In this document: in pieces, positions 12,256-23,958 of the stretch
Layout of the letters: the number at the start of each line of letters is the position of its first letter
Numbering within the stretch: the first letter of the stretch is position 1
Source: Paraphysomonas bandaiensis
Lineage: Eukaryota > Protista > Chrysophyceae
Direction of reading: 5' to 3'
NCBI GenBank assembly: GCA_965644295.1
Contig: CBFFRP010000264.1
Span: 1-34,434 of the forward strand
Length of the DNA stretch: 34,434 nt
The notes under the pieces: model-generated
The model's input: the letters and a program-made list of their open reading frames with translations, nothing else
The model's database searches: none
Told to the model about the DNA's origin: nothing
Position numbers and translations under genes: made by a program

Positions 12256-14123
12256 ATGTCTGAAGTTGCTCGTATAAGGAGCCTGGAGGCGTGTATATTA
12301 TCCAGTAAGAAACATGCCAAGTCCACCACAGAGATAATCGAGGTAACCCCCTCCCTCATACATCTATACAGTGTGATATATGGCGATAGAAACTAATGGA
12401 TGATGACTGTGAGAAGGCTGTTAAATTAGCAGCAATGCACTCTATCAGGTGACGGTTGATACATGCACATACCCATACAGTCACACAGAGGGTCTCATAC
12501 GATGTGTTTAGGAGAGTGTTTGTCAACTTTTTGGAAAACAATTACTTCTTAAAGTCTACAGTGGAGTCTAGTGGTGACTCTGCTGTTGCGGAGAAGTTAG
12601 ATAAATTCAGAGCATGGTTAATGCAACAGTACAACACCGTCAAAGGAAAGATGCTTGACCTTTGTTGCTCGGAGAAGCTGAAAATTCAGGCAGCTGCTAT
12701 TAGAACTATTATAGAGGTAAGAATCTTAAATTGTGACTAAATATCTGAAGCCCTGGTGTAGTTTGTTAGGTATGAAAACACTTCCAGTGATTTATCGCAG
12801 TTGTTTGGAATGAAGACTCTTCACGCCCTGATCACTAAACTTGTCATGGGCCCCGATATCGATGTTGATATCCTGCTACTCTTACGTGAAGAGGTCATGA
12901 GTAAACCCGACTGCGAATATCACTCTTTACTTTGTCTGCGTCGTATACTCTCCGAAGAAAAGGCTTCAACGAGGGATCAGGTGAGTGATGGAGAGGAGAG
13001 GACACAAGTGATTCAGAACGCACTCGATCTTCTGCGAGTAGTAGAGGTGCCTGTAGACGGTATCGACGCCTCTGATTGCTTGACTCGTGTCTCCAACGTA
13101 GCAGAGGATAGTGACAATTCTGATGATGATGAGGAAGAGGATGATGAGTCGGAAGACGAAGGAGAGAAAGTGTCGGCATCCGTTATTGCAGCAAGGATGA
13201 GACGAAAGAAGCGCTCCGCATCTGGAGGTGCTGCTGTGCCCCGGCCACGCAAGAGGTGTCGCTTATCACGAGCCCAGCAGATAATGGATGTGGAGTGTCA
13301 TCGGAAAGAGTTCAGTCGGACATGGCTTTCACTGCTATCGCTTCCACTTACCGCTGTGCAACAGCGGACTGCACTAAAGCATCTGCCACAACATGTAATT
13401 CCCTATCTCCAGCAACCCGTACTGCTAGCAGACTACCTTTCGACGACTGTCAAGGCGGGTGGTGTGGTAGCCGTCCTCGCTTTAGAGAGCTTGTTTCACA
13501 TTATTGTGCATTACAACCTCGACTACCCGGACTACTTTTCTGCGTTGTATGAGCTGTGCTCTGTTGATGTAATGAGCGCTAGATACAGAGGAAAATTCAT
13601 GCGACTTCTACATGCAAGTCTAAAATCATCTAACATTCCTGCATATGTGGCTGGAGCATTTATCAAGAAACTGACACACCTGTGCCTGCATATTCCAGGC
13701 CCAAGTGCGTTGTTTTGTCTTGCACAAGTGATGTGGTTACTCCGACACCATCCAAAGTGTATGGTTCTCATTCATCGCGAAAAGCAATCTTCTGATGGAG
13801 TGATACCATTTGACTGCACAATTCCTCTGGAGAAGTGTGATGCACTCTCTTTTTCACTTCATGAAGCGAAGATTCTTCAGAACCACTACATCCGTGAAGT
13901 GGCAGAGTTAGCGACTGCCCTGGAGAACAACGTGCTGACCACGTCGACGTCTACTGAAGCCCCCCCGCTGGATGTGGAGCAGTTTATAGACTACAACTAT
14001 AAGGACATGATCGAAGAAGGACTCAAGGGATCAAAGAAATGGTCAGCGATGTCACATATTGTCCCTGAAAGTGGAACCTTTGTTAATCGTGGCCTTGTTG
14101 GAAAATGCTTTGGAAGTAGTTAA
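12256..14123 (+). CDS. NOC4: Nucleolar complex protein 4 homolog (CBF/Mak21 domain); 4 exons
   Basis: Exons 12256-12342, 12390-12448, 12512-12716 and 12762-14123 are joined in frame by 47, 63 and 45-nt GT-AG introns. Motifs FSRTWLSLL, VIPYLQQPVLLADYL, LALESLF...NLDYPDYFSALY, SSNIPAYVAGAFIKKL and LRHHPKCMVLIH are typical of Noc4. Confidence 0.92.
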
Positions 14124-14944
14124 TAGCTCACCGCGTTATCTAGCGCCGAATTTGCTCAGGTGATACGCATAGTAGATGTTTTTCTAATAATATTATTGGT
14201 ATTAATATATCCGAATAAGAAAGTTATGAAGCGGAATTATGTATTGTGGTCATGGTAGCCTCCGAGCAATGGAAATTAGTTCAGTGATAAGTGGCAATGC
14301 TCTGTGAACTGTGCTCTGTGACACTTGGAAATCATGAAAGCAAACTCATGAACTTCTCTAAATTAATACTATTTTTACAGGATGTATGTAGTAGTAACAA
14401 AACTAAGTAAGTGAAAATGGGCCACCAATACAAGGTATACGTGCGAATAGAGTAAACTTAACTGTAGCATTCAGATGCTACTACTCATTACAGCTACAAT
14501 GAAATTTTATGTTGAGTTCTACAATATGAGAGCAATTGAAAGCTGTAGTCATAAGGTATTTAAATTACTGTAGTGTACAGATGTAGTCTTATTAATCGTA
14601 TTGTGAGAATGAATGACGATAAGTATACAGTGGTAAAATGGAATATAGAATATAGTGACGATGCAAGTTGTAGTGACGAATCAAGATCGTCGTACGAGAA
14701 ATGAGTGGTAGTAGAGACAACATGAAATTGATGAATGATAAGCGATATTGCTTATAATTTATAATTCTCAGCATTGAGTATAAGTTTACCTTTTTGTTGT
14801 TAAGTTAATACTTCTCATATAATGTCAAACTTTGATATTCTATACACTAGCGGCTATAATGTATTATTCATAAAGATGCTAATTGCTAATTCCATACTAA
14901 TTGAGTAATCATTAATCAAAACCTCTCATATAGTCAGTACCAAG

Positions 14945-15654
14945 ATATATTGCAATACTATTGTTAATAGTATTGATGGAGTTTTTAAACCGGCCCTACA
15001 ATACTATATTGCAATATATTGCCATATATTAGTATTACTATGATGACTAATCAGTAAGTAAACACATCCGTAGTTTTTTGTACTTGTCATTATAAGGTCT
15101 AAGGTCACTTGATAATCAAACCCACTACTCTTAACTAATTAAAAGTGTCCTCATATACTCATCCTCTGTGCCATCATCGGTGACATCATCATCACCATAT
15201 TCATCAAAGATTAATTGAAATATGCTTGCATCCGGCCACAACTGTTTCAGAAACAACAGCATATTAAGTGTAGTAGGATAAATACGTTCGCGCAACACTG
15301 ATATAATCAGTTCTGCTGCGCTGAACAGGCGCTCGCACGTATTGGTAGTACATACTACATGACTCGTGCACCTGTACTTAGATATTTCAACTTCCCGTTT
15401 TCTTCAATTTTTGAGCTGATTGAAGAATTTTTCCGCATTGCCAACTTCAGCTTTGTCAACCTCTGTATTGTTGCAATAATCACTATCTGAACGGAGATTT
15501 ATTTTTTACCCTACAGTTAAGAAGCTTTCTCTATATGACTATCATAATATTGATTGCAATATATTGTGAGCTACTTTAACAAAAACAATATTGATGGAAT
15601 ATTGGATCAGTCCACCAATCAATATATTTTACAATATATTGTTCCCTATCCCTG
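14945..15654 (-). mobile_element. Non-autonomous hAT transposon copy 1 with relic transposase C-terminal dimerization segment
   Basis: The minus strand encodes SKYRCTSHVVCTTNTCERLFSAAELIISVLRERIYPTTLNMLLFLKQLW (hAT dimerization-like). One terminus reads CAGGGATAGGGAACAATATATTG; the other TIR is clipped. Flanking 8-mers are GTACCAAG (14937-14944) and GTACCGAG (15655-15662). Confidence 0.85.
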
Positions 15655-16054
15655 GTACCGAGTATACGTACATATAGTACTTGGAGTGTCTAAGTCTATG
15701 TAGTTACTTCAAACTTCAAATTTCCATATATATCCGACGTCAGCATTCTGAATTTTATGAAATGAGAATGAGCACACAAGCATGCGCTAATAATCACATA
15801 TCTCTATAATAATAACAGACTAATTTTTGCTCAAAAATCTCAAACCCTTACAAATAGATAGAGCAGCTTTACGTAGTTATTTAGTTAACACCGTTATTCG
15901 AATTGTAAGCAACGCAGATAATCCAATAGCTGCATTAACATTCAACTTGCTACTATTCAACCTATAAAAACAACGGTCATGAATCATCCCACCGCTCTAA
16001 TAACAACAACACATATCGACCTCCTTGACACTCCGAGCTGATGAACCATAAGAC

Positions 16055-17668
16055 CTAGTGCAGCTCCTTCCGCCAAAGGATAATCTCCTGCTGCTTAAAA
16101 TATCTCCTGTCTTCCTCATCAATAAGTACCAGGTTCAGGTAATACTTGACAGAGAATGTGTTGTTAACTGATCGATGGGTAGGTGTCAGTGGAAGATGAC
16201 TGAGAAACATTCGGATAGGAATGCACTCTCCCTTGACGGGTGCCCCATCCATGAGCTCGAATTTAGTTATATTCTCAGACTCATTATAGCTGTTCTGTCC
16301 ACTTCCAGCAGACTCACGGCGGATAACTGCGAGTTCCATATGTTTGATCTTAATCCGGACCAACAAAAAGTATATCTTTCCCAATACAACATCCTAAAGA
16401 ATTAAAAGTTTTCATCGCCTAAACCAGATGGATTCAAGGATATCACCTTCAAGTGGTACTTCTGCTTATCATACTCGAATTCAATGTGCAAACAGTCTTC
16501 AATTCCTACCTCCATCTTAAGCGGCTGTGGGGCTGGAGCGTCACCAGACGCTGGGTCTTGTGTAATCTGAAGATACATATGTTGCCGTCAGCAGAAATAG
16601 GCACACATCAACTAATTGAAAACGGAAAATATAGCATGTCACTGAAACAGAAAAAGTTCGCACCGCTGAAATATTTTGCACAAGAATATCCTGCTCATTC
16701 GAAAAACTTCCGTTGTAGTTTCTTGTAATGGTTACTCGCACTACATAGCGCAAGCGCACATTCAGACCAGAGTAAGACTCATAAGGCTTCTCCGTGCTGA
16801 AGTCAAATGGGTATTCCTGAAAAGTAAATATTACAGAAAAGTAAAAAATTATCGTCATATCTTATGAAAATGATAAGAAAAGGCCAATACAGACTACGTG
16901 AAATACCATAACATACTTTGGAATTATTCAAAGATCCAGAAGGCTCAAGTTCCCTGACGAGAGTGGTGAATTTGACGCTATTTCCTCGATCATAATATAA
17001 GTCTGTTACCAACACATTAGAATACTAAAACATTAGCATCTCACTTACCAATTAAGCCTATCATTTCAATCTTGATTCCCAGATGATCCACTTTTTTTCC
17101 AGCCGGAACAACAATTTCAACAGTCCCCTTAACGGGCTGCGATACCATATCACCATGCATCGTATTACAATCCAGCATATCATCATACAACATATCGTCT
17201 TATAGAATACAGTACATCATCATGCACTATATTACCATATAATATAATCATATCATCACCATGCAACATGTCACCCTAAAGCATACCACCATACAGCATA
17301 TCACCACACGGTATATCATACGGCATACAGCAAATCACCATATAAATTATATCATATCAGCATACAGTACATCATCATGCAGCATATCACTATACTGCCT
17401 ACCACTACATAGAATATATATGTCACATACATACATCACAACAGTGTGCAGTCGATATCATATCAGTATACACCATCACCCACCTCCTGGCCCTCATATA
17501 TTAACAACTCCTCTGTCTTATCACTCCCTGGTAATTTAACCTCCTTCTTGAGGCGTTCTTCTGATCCAGAGAACTTAATAGCGATGCTGGGTCCAGAGCC
17601 AAAGCGAAACTATCCATACACACATACAGTTACTTGTCACGTCATCCTTATCACTGAGATATTACCAT
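16055..17668 (-). CDS. VPS26: Vacuolar protein sorting 26 (retromer subunit); 7 coding exons
   Basis: Exons 17668-17666 (ATG only), 17609-17484, 17136-17049, 17002-16917, 16816-16664, 16566-16447 and 16393-16055 give an intact frame. Motifs [62 protein letters not shown] and [13 protein letters not shown]. Confidence 0.96.
17140..17480. repeat. Cryptic low-complexity CATCA/CATAT pentamer array inside VPS26 intron 2
   Basis: Degenerate 5-mer periodicity; ATACAGTACATCATCATGCA occurs twice (about 17207 and 17362). The intron is 347 nt, against 46-100 nt for the other introns of this gene. Confidence 0.6.
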
Positions 17669-18054
17669 TGAATATTCGATATTAGTGTACACGGCGAGGA
17701 GGGGGAGGGCAACTGTGTATGTGTTGGGGTGATAGCACTGCAGGTCTGTGCAGATAGTTATCTATAGCACATATATACATGTATATACAGATACACACAC
17801 ACACACACACGCATCATACACCAGGATCCCCACTCTGCATGTGGAGCATATGGATACCTGCTGCTGTATACAGTATATAGTACACCGGTATATGGTATAC
17901 AGCACCATACCACAGCTACTATATATGTACTCGTGTACTCTGTTGTCTACAAGAGAATCCAATATTGCATCAGTACGTATTCCTGTTGTATTCTACTCTA
18001 TATCTTTTAGGTAGAGACGTGTTTTTGCTATGGTTACTATAAAATACAGCAGGT

Positions 18055-18067
18055 GTATGTATGTATG

Positions 18068-18099
<32 letters not shown>

Positions 18100-18101
18100 T
18101 A
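18055..18101. repeat. (GTAT)n microsatellite in the VPS26/TBC1D19 divergent spacer
   Basis: Interrupted tetranucleotide run visible directly. Confidence 0.85.
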
Positions 18102-18227
18102 CATAGGTGTGTAACATCTCTGTCTTAACGCACAGTCTCAATAGCCACACACAGATACACAGAACACATATAATCAACACCAATCCACCAGCACCTCATC
18201 TCCTCCCCTCCCCCTACTATCTCTCTT

Positions 18228-21200
18228 ATGAATTGTTGGGATCTGTATGATCTAGAGCCCTCTGGAGATGTGTGTCTGTCTTATCGAACAACTGACTCTT
18301 ATCGCACTAAAGCCGACTGGTAATCCACCTCTAGCGCCCCTCTCATAGTATGTGATGTGTAATACAATGTATTATGCCTGTAGTGTCTCGGAGGCTCTCT
18401 CTAATGGGGTTATGCTCACTCGTATGAAGCAGTTAGTGTGGGAGGCGATATCTAGTAAATGGTGAGACATGAACACTTATCGCTACACGCTGTTCAATGC
18501 TGTGTATATGTTACATGTATAGCACGGCTAAAGATGTCAATGAGGAAAATATGGATGAAGTTATCTCTAAGGCCATAATGGAAACTGGCATAAAAAATGT
18601 GAGCTAATTGGGAAGCAAAAGCCTTGATAATAGTGATTCATGATTTTTATCACATAGATACTGGCTAGTATTACCGTGCGCCTTCTCGAAAAGAATCGCC
18701 CGATAGAGGCCCAAATTGAACCTCGGATAGTCGCCTGTACCGGTGGTAATGATGTTGCTGGTAGTACTGACTCCCGCCCCTTATATTGCAGGTAGTTGTG
18801 TTGTGAGAGTGTGGCAATATGTCTGCTTCTTTGGGGGTCTGTGTATAGTGAGTTGATGTTGTACTTTATGTCTAGATTTTCCGAGCATGAACGAATGCCT
18901 CCATTTAAAACAGCAAGACTGGCATGGGAGCAGGGAATAAATGAGGAACTCGTTGCCATCGCGGCCGAAAAGAAAAAGCCGTTTGCAAACCTGATGTAAG
19001 CTTGTGTATATACTAAGGCAGATAACCATCTACCTTTGAGTATTAGCTTTTAGATATGAAATATAAACATTCCCTGATGAGCTCTGCTTGCACCCATTGC
19101 CTATGTGGTGGTATTGTGTTATACTTTCAGTGTACAAAATTTTGTCCTCTCGATTTTGATATAGACAGCAATAATATTTTGTTGGATTAGGTCAGGGGAC
19201 GTTTTATCACACCCCTTGTTGGAAGAGCATGTATCTCTTGCTGCACGACAGGACGTAAGGTTCCTTTTCGATAGGTATACACATGACCTACAGCTATGCA
19301 TATATTTAGTGTTGGTATTTCAGTGATGATTTACTTGACACGATCGTAAGAGTGCGCCCAGAAAATATACAACCGTCGTACATAGATCGTACGATAGGCC
19401 TGATCAAGATGCCACTTCGGACACCAACTCTACAGGAAGTATCTCAAAAGTAAGTTTGCGTGCGCCATGAACATCCTTATTTATTGTCTATTTTTTAATT
19501 CAAGGTTTCCTGATCTCTGTCCTTCTATCATGCACGTGGGAATAGATGACGATGGTTCAGGTCAACACTCAGCCCGTTTCTTTCAGTCAAGGTGATTTTC
19601 TAAACGTGTGTGTTATGTATGCTATACATAGTATAAGGGTACAAAACATGGATTATAAAGCAACTGGATATAAAGCTGACTGTATAGAAATATATTATTA
19701 TAGTTACCCGTTAAACATAATTGTGTGTAGATTGGCCGAAGCGCAAGAGATTATTGCTTCAGGAAGTGTGTTAGAGGCAAGACGATTTCTCACACGGGGA
19801 TGCCCTCCTGCCTTTCGCGGCAGTTTATGGTGAGAATTGTTGATGACAGTGAGTACGTTTCGTACGATTCCAACTACAATTTTTCGCAATTAGTAGTCAC
19901 TACTAATATTTACTCTATTTCGTGTCAGGAGAATGGCACACTGTCTTCCACCTTCTATTTCTCGGAAAGAGCGTTTGACCTTCTTGAAATTAAAGGATAT
20001 GTGCAATGAGATCGAATTACTAACAGACGATCTGTATGTAATGGATGTAATAACTTTCTGCGATGACACAAGATATTTTGTATTTGAGGTAGGCACTTAT
20101 GTGTGTTCCACCATGGTGGGTTTATCTGCTGCATTCGTACTGTCGCTGTAGGTATTTTCTAAATTGGTGGTAGTATGTATTTTTGTGGACGAGTTTTTTC
20201 TGAATAACGGTGTAACACTTTCCACTGTGTACAGGATAAACTACGCCTTGTGGCCCTATGCTTCTCACGAGATGAATGGGTCTCTAAAAACAGTCAATAT
20301 CAAGTGCACAAACCCCTAACGGGGCAAGTACATTTATGTGGTCACAGGGCCTTCACTGCGTCAACTCCGTCTCCCCCTTGTGGGCTTCAACCATTTCTTG
20401 GTTTTGCTGCTTATCTCAGCCCCCTGTGTTATCTATATGGTGACTCCGCAGACCTGTACTCCGTTTGTAGGGCATGGTTTTGTGGTGTATGGTGTCGCAT
20501 GAACGTAATCAGTGGAGATGAAGGGTGTCTGCCACATATCTGTGCAATATTCGAATCTCTACTCTTGCAAGTAGATTTACGTCTGTTTCTTCATTTAGCC
20601 AGAGTGGGAGTTCAACCATTGCATGTAAGCTCCTCTTAAGTTAATGCCTAAAACTGACTAGTATATGTAATTACAAACCGAATTTATCTGTATTCATGAT
20701 GTTGAGCAGGTGGCGCTTCCGTGGTTACAATTAGGGTTTGTGGGTTATTTAGAAGTTGACCAAATTCTAATGCTCTGGGATAGGATTCTAGGTACGTCAG
20801 CTACATTTTATGTGCACTTGATATGTGAGTGACGGTTAGGTTTATTGCATCGTACTGTCAATTTTGTAAATATTCCAGTGTATGTTGTGTTGTTGTTTTC
20901 CACACTTGAACTGTAGGAAATAATTGGTGCAGAATCCGTTTTTTATATAAACCTAATCTATGTCTTATGTGCAGGATATATGGATACCACTCTTTTGGCC
21001 GTTCTTGCGGCAGCTATATTTGTGTATCGATCAGAGACACTCATGAAGGTACCGTGTAAAATTATGTGCATAAAAATGCACAATGCTGACCATGTGTTGG
21101 GAAAAACTTGTTGCAATCTGTTGTAGTTTGTTTTTAACATCGTGGCAGTGCGATGATGCGGCGGAGGTGAATGCTGTGTTAATGGAAGGATCACATTTGA

Positions 21201-21244
21201 AAGTGCTGCCACTTCTTCAGTTTTTCCTCTTTTCAGACAAATAG
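18228..21244 (+). CDS. TBC1D19: TBC1 domain family member 19 homolog (multi-exon; start inferred)
   Basis: Exonic segments GCPPAFRGSLWR, DDTRYFVFE, PPCGLQPFLGFAAYLSPLCYLY, FESLLLQVDLRLFLHL, GLLEVDQILMLWDRILGY, LAVLAAAIFVYRS and EVNAVLMEGSHLKVLPLLQFFLF match TBC1D19. Stop TAG at 21242-21244. The first exons from ATG 18228 splice in frame; some middle exon boundaries were not resolved. Confidence 0.85.
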
Positions 21245-22404
21245 CATCAGAATATATAATTGACGTAATGTGTTGGGTTAGTTTACTTTGGTATAGTTTT
21301 GTGGTGTATGGCACTTTAATGTGTAAATAAGACTATTGCCACGTGTTGTTGTGATATAGGCGTTGCCTGTTCAACTGCCATCTCATTCCAATGAGTATGA
21401 TTCTGACACATATGACAACAAGTTTCTTAAGCCACCCTTTCCTGTATATGGAAATCAGGAGAGGGATGATGAAGTATCTGACCTGCAATGATCTATACTC
21501 TAATCTCTAATATAATACTTCATGAGATATAGCATTGCAAGTATTTTTCATTCATGGAATCCAGTGTGCATGCTTACTTGGGTTAGTGCACCTGTTGACT
21601 TTCGTTGAAACGACCATGTCTACCGTAACTTACTACATAAACTGCTTGAGTTGTGATTCATTATGGGTGTTAAGCGGGGAATAATTCTGGTAATATTAGC
21701 TTTAGCTCAGTCTTGCAAATGTCTTTGGTCTTTTGAGGCACAAATTGAGATGTTGTCTTGTGAGTTCGTTTCCAGTGAATAATAATCTGTGCTTGAACTC
21801 TTCCGGTAACTTGTTCTTGCATGCATTTTCCACAGCGTTTATTTAGCAGTTATAGTGGGTCTTCATTAGTCTGACAGATGTAGCTCACTGAAATCATTCT
21901 TCTTCGTCAAATTCGGTAAATCTAGAAGCACTGGTAGATTAACGTGGATAGCATGTCGTTATCTGCAATGATATGCATATACGAACAATATGGCAGGATT
22001 TCTAACAATATCCAAATAAACGAGGCACTCCTCCTGAAGACATACATCCTTCACTGAACAGACATTCTTCACTATCTTGACGTTTGTCCAGTTTCCATAT
22101 AGCTTCCAGTCTCATTGTATCGGGAACTTGAACCTGCTCTCGATAGTACCGGTTTACGATCTCGAGAGCTTCAGAAACAGATAAAACTAGACGTCGAATG
22201 TAGAAGTAATGCATGTGTTCTTTCGCTCCAGCCACTTGTCCATGATGTTGTCCTCTTTGTACTTGTTGCCGTATTGTCAGCCTGTCTCATCGGACGCACC
22301 TCCAGCTCCTATTATCCATCCGTGTTCGCCGCCACAAAGATTTTGCGGGATTTCTCATCACTATGAAAGATTAACGTATGTAGTTCGCACAGTTTCCACC
22401 AAGG

Positions 22405-22616
22405 CCATGTTCACCTTCCCATTCTCTAACAAAGATTACGCGAAGCTTCTCGTGACCACGCCAGGCCCAGTATTGGCCTTGTGTGGTTTTGGCTGAGACC
22501 TCTCCTTCTTCCATGTTCACCTTCCCATTCTCTAACAAAGATTACGCGAAGCTTCTCGTGACCACGCCAGGCCCAGTATTGGCCTTGTGTGGTTTTGGCT
22601 GAGACCTCTCCTTCTT
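22405..22616. repeat. Perfect 106-bp tandem duplication
   Basis: 22405-22510 is identical to 22511-22616 (CCATGTTCACC...CTCTCCTTCTT). Confidence 0.95.
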
Positions 22617-22893
22617 CCTAGAATGTGCGAGAATATATGGATTACGCAAGTATATAGTGTAGATCTAGCTAAAGCTTGCTTGATGCTTGTCACCACACAC
22701 AAAAATAAACCATTTATAGTGTAATATATATATCAACAGTAGCACTTCACTAAAAGGTACGACGCTCTCGGAATGTGGCAATTTCAATTTTTCCGCATCA
22801 ACCAAATGCCTTCCGTCCAGTCGTCCAGTTAATCATTCCAAATTGATCAAACTTCGGAATCTGTTTCCAGTCCGAACTACCACATTATATCAA

Positions 22894-23268
22894 CCCCTCA
22901 ACAAAGTAGGACTCGCACTTTTTCGTGTGATGTTCTGAGGGATAAGTAGTACCGGAGATATTTCTCCGGGAAACTAATATGAGCCGCATAATATATTATA
23001 ATGAGCAGATAATTTCTGCCCAGTTATGGCCAAATGTTTGTGTGGTATACAAGGGACACAAATAAATGTCACTTGTGTAGACATCAAGGGCATTCGGAGT
23101 ATTGGGCAGGCATCCGGGAATTGGCCCACCTCAAAGGCATTCGGGGTCCGGGGCATTGTGCGGCCTACTGAAGTCGAGCACCCAGACTCTAAAATCCTAA
23201 AGTTAGCTGATGTCAGGTATATACCAAATATCAACATTCTGCTTGCTCACTGCGTTTGCTTTGAGTGA
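22894..23268 (-). mobile_element. Repeat family A copy (full length, reverse orientation)
   Basis: The reverse complement runs TCACTCAAAGCAAACGCAG...CCGGAGAAATATCTCCGG...GTGCGAGTCCTACTTTGTTGAGGGG. Confidence 0.85.
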
Positions 23269-23958
23269 TAGAGCGAAAGTGGTTGCAATTTTAGTAGCGT
23301 TAAATATCAGATATCAGAGTTAAGCACTAGTTAAGCAACTCTAAATTAGTACTGAGTCTCCTGTAAACTACGCCTATTGGTAATAACAAGCGTATATTAC
23401 ATATTACGAGTAGGGTACAGCAATTGCTACTTTGGAGATCAAGAATCACACACTTATACTTTAGCAATTCTGAATAGTGAGGTATACAAAGCATTTCGCT
23501 CTGCTGGTTCTTGTTCATTGCTGTATTTGGTATTTGAAAGCGATAGCTTCCAATACTTGCCATTTATAGACAATCAATAGAGTAAATTTATAACCAGATA
23601 TAATTGCAATTAAGTCCCAGTGTTACACAGCCCTCATAGACAAGAATATAACTTCTATTCAATATTACACGCAAATGTAAACACCAGCCAAAGTCACATA
23701 TCCTACGACAAAGTGATATAATACGTTTCTCAAACATGAAGACTAATTAAACCAAACGGAAGATAGCACGACAAAAAAAACAAGTTTAGAAAAATATCGC
23801 CAAATACAGTACACAGAGAAACTGTATTCAACATGGTTAAAGAATATACAGTACAATGTATCCTTGAACCATCTAAAAATGTAGCCATAGATCAATGGCG
23901 GATAAATTATGCGCCAGTATGTGCAGAATCCACATTACCCAATCCGAAAAAGCTTCCT

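Noticed and set aside
17261-17539. His/Ile-rich 92-aa ORF
   Set aside because: Antisense reading of the low-complexity VPS26 intron.
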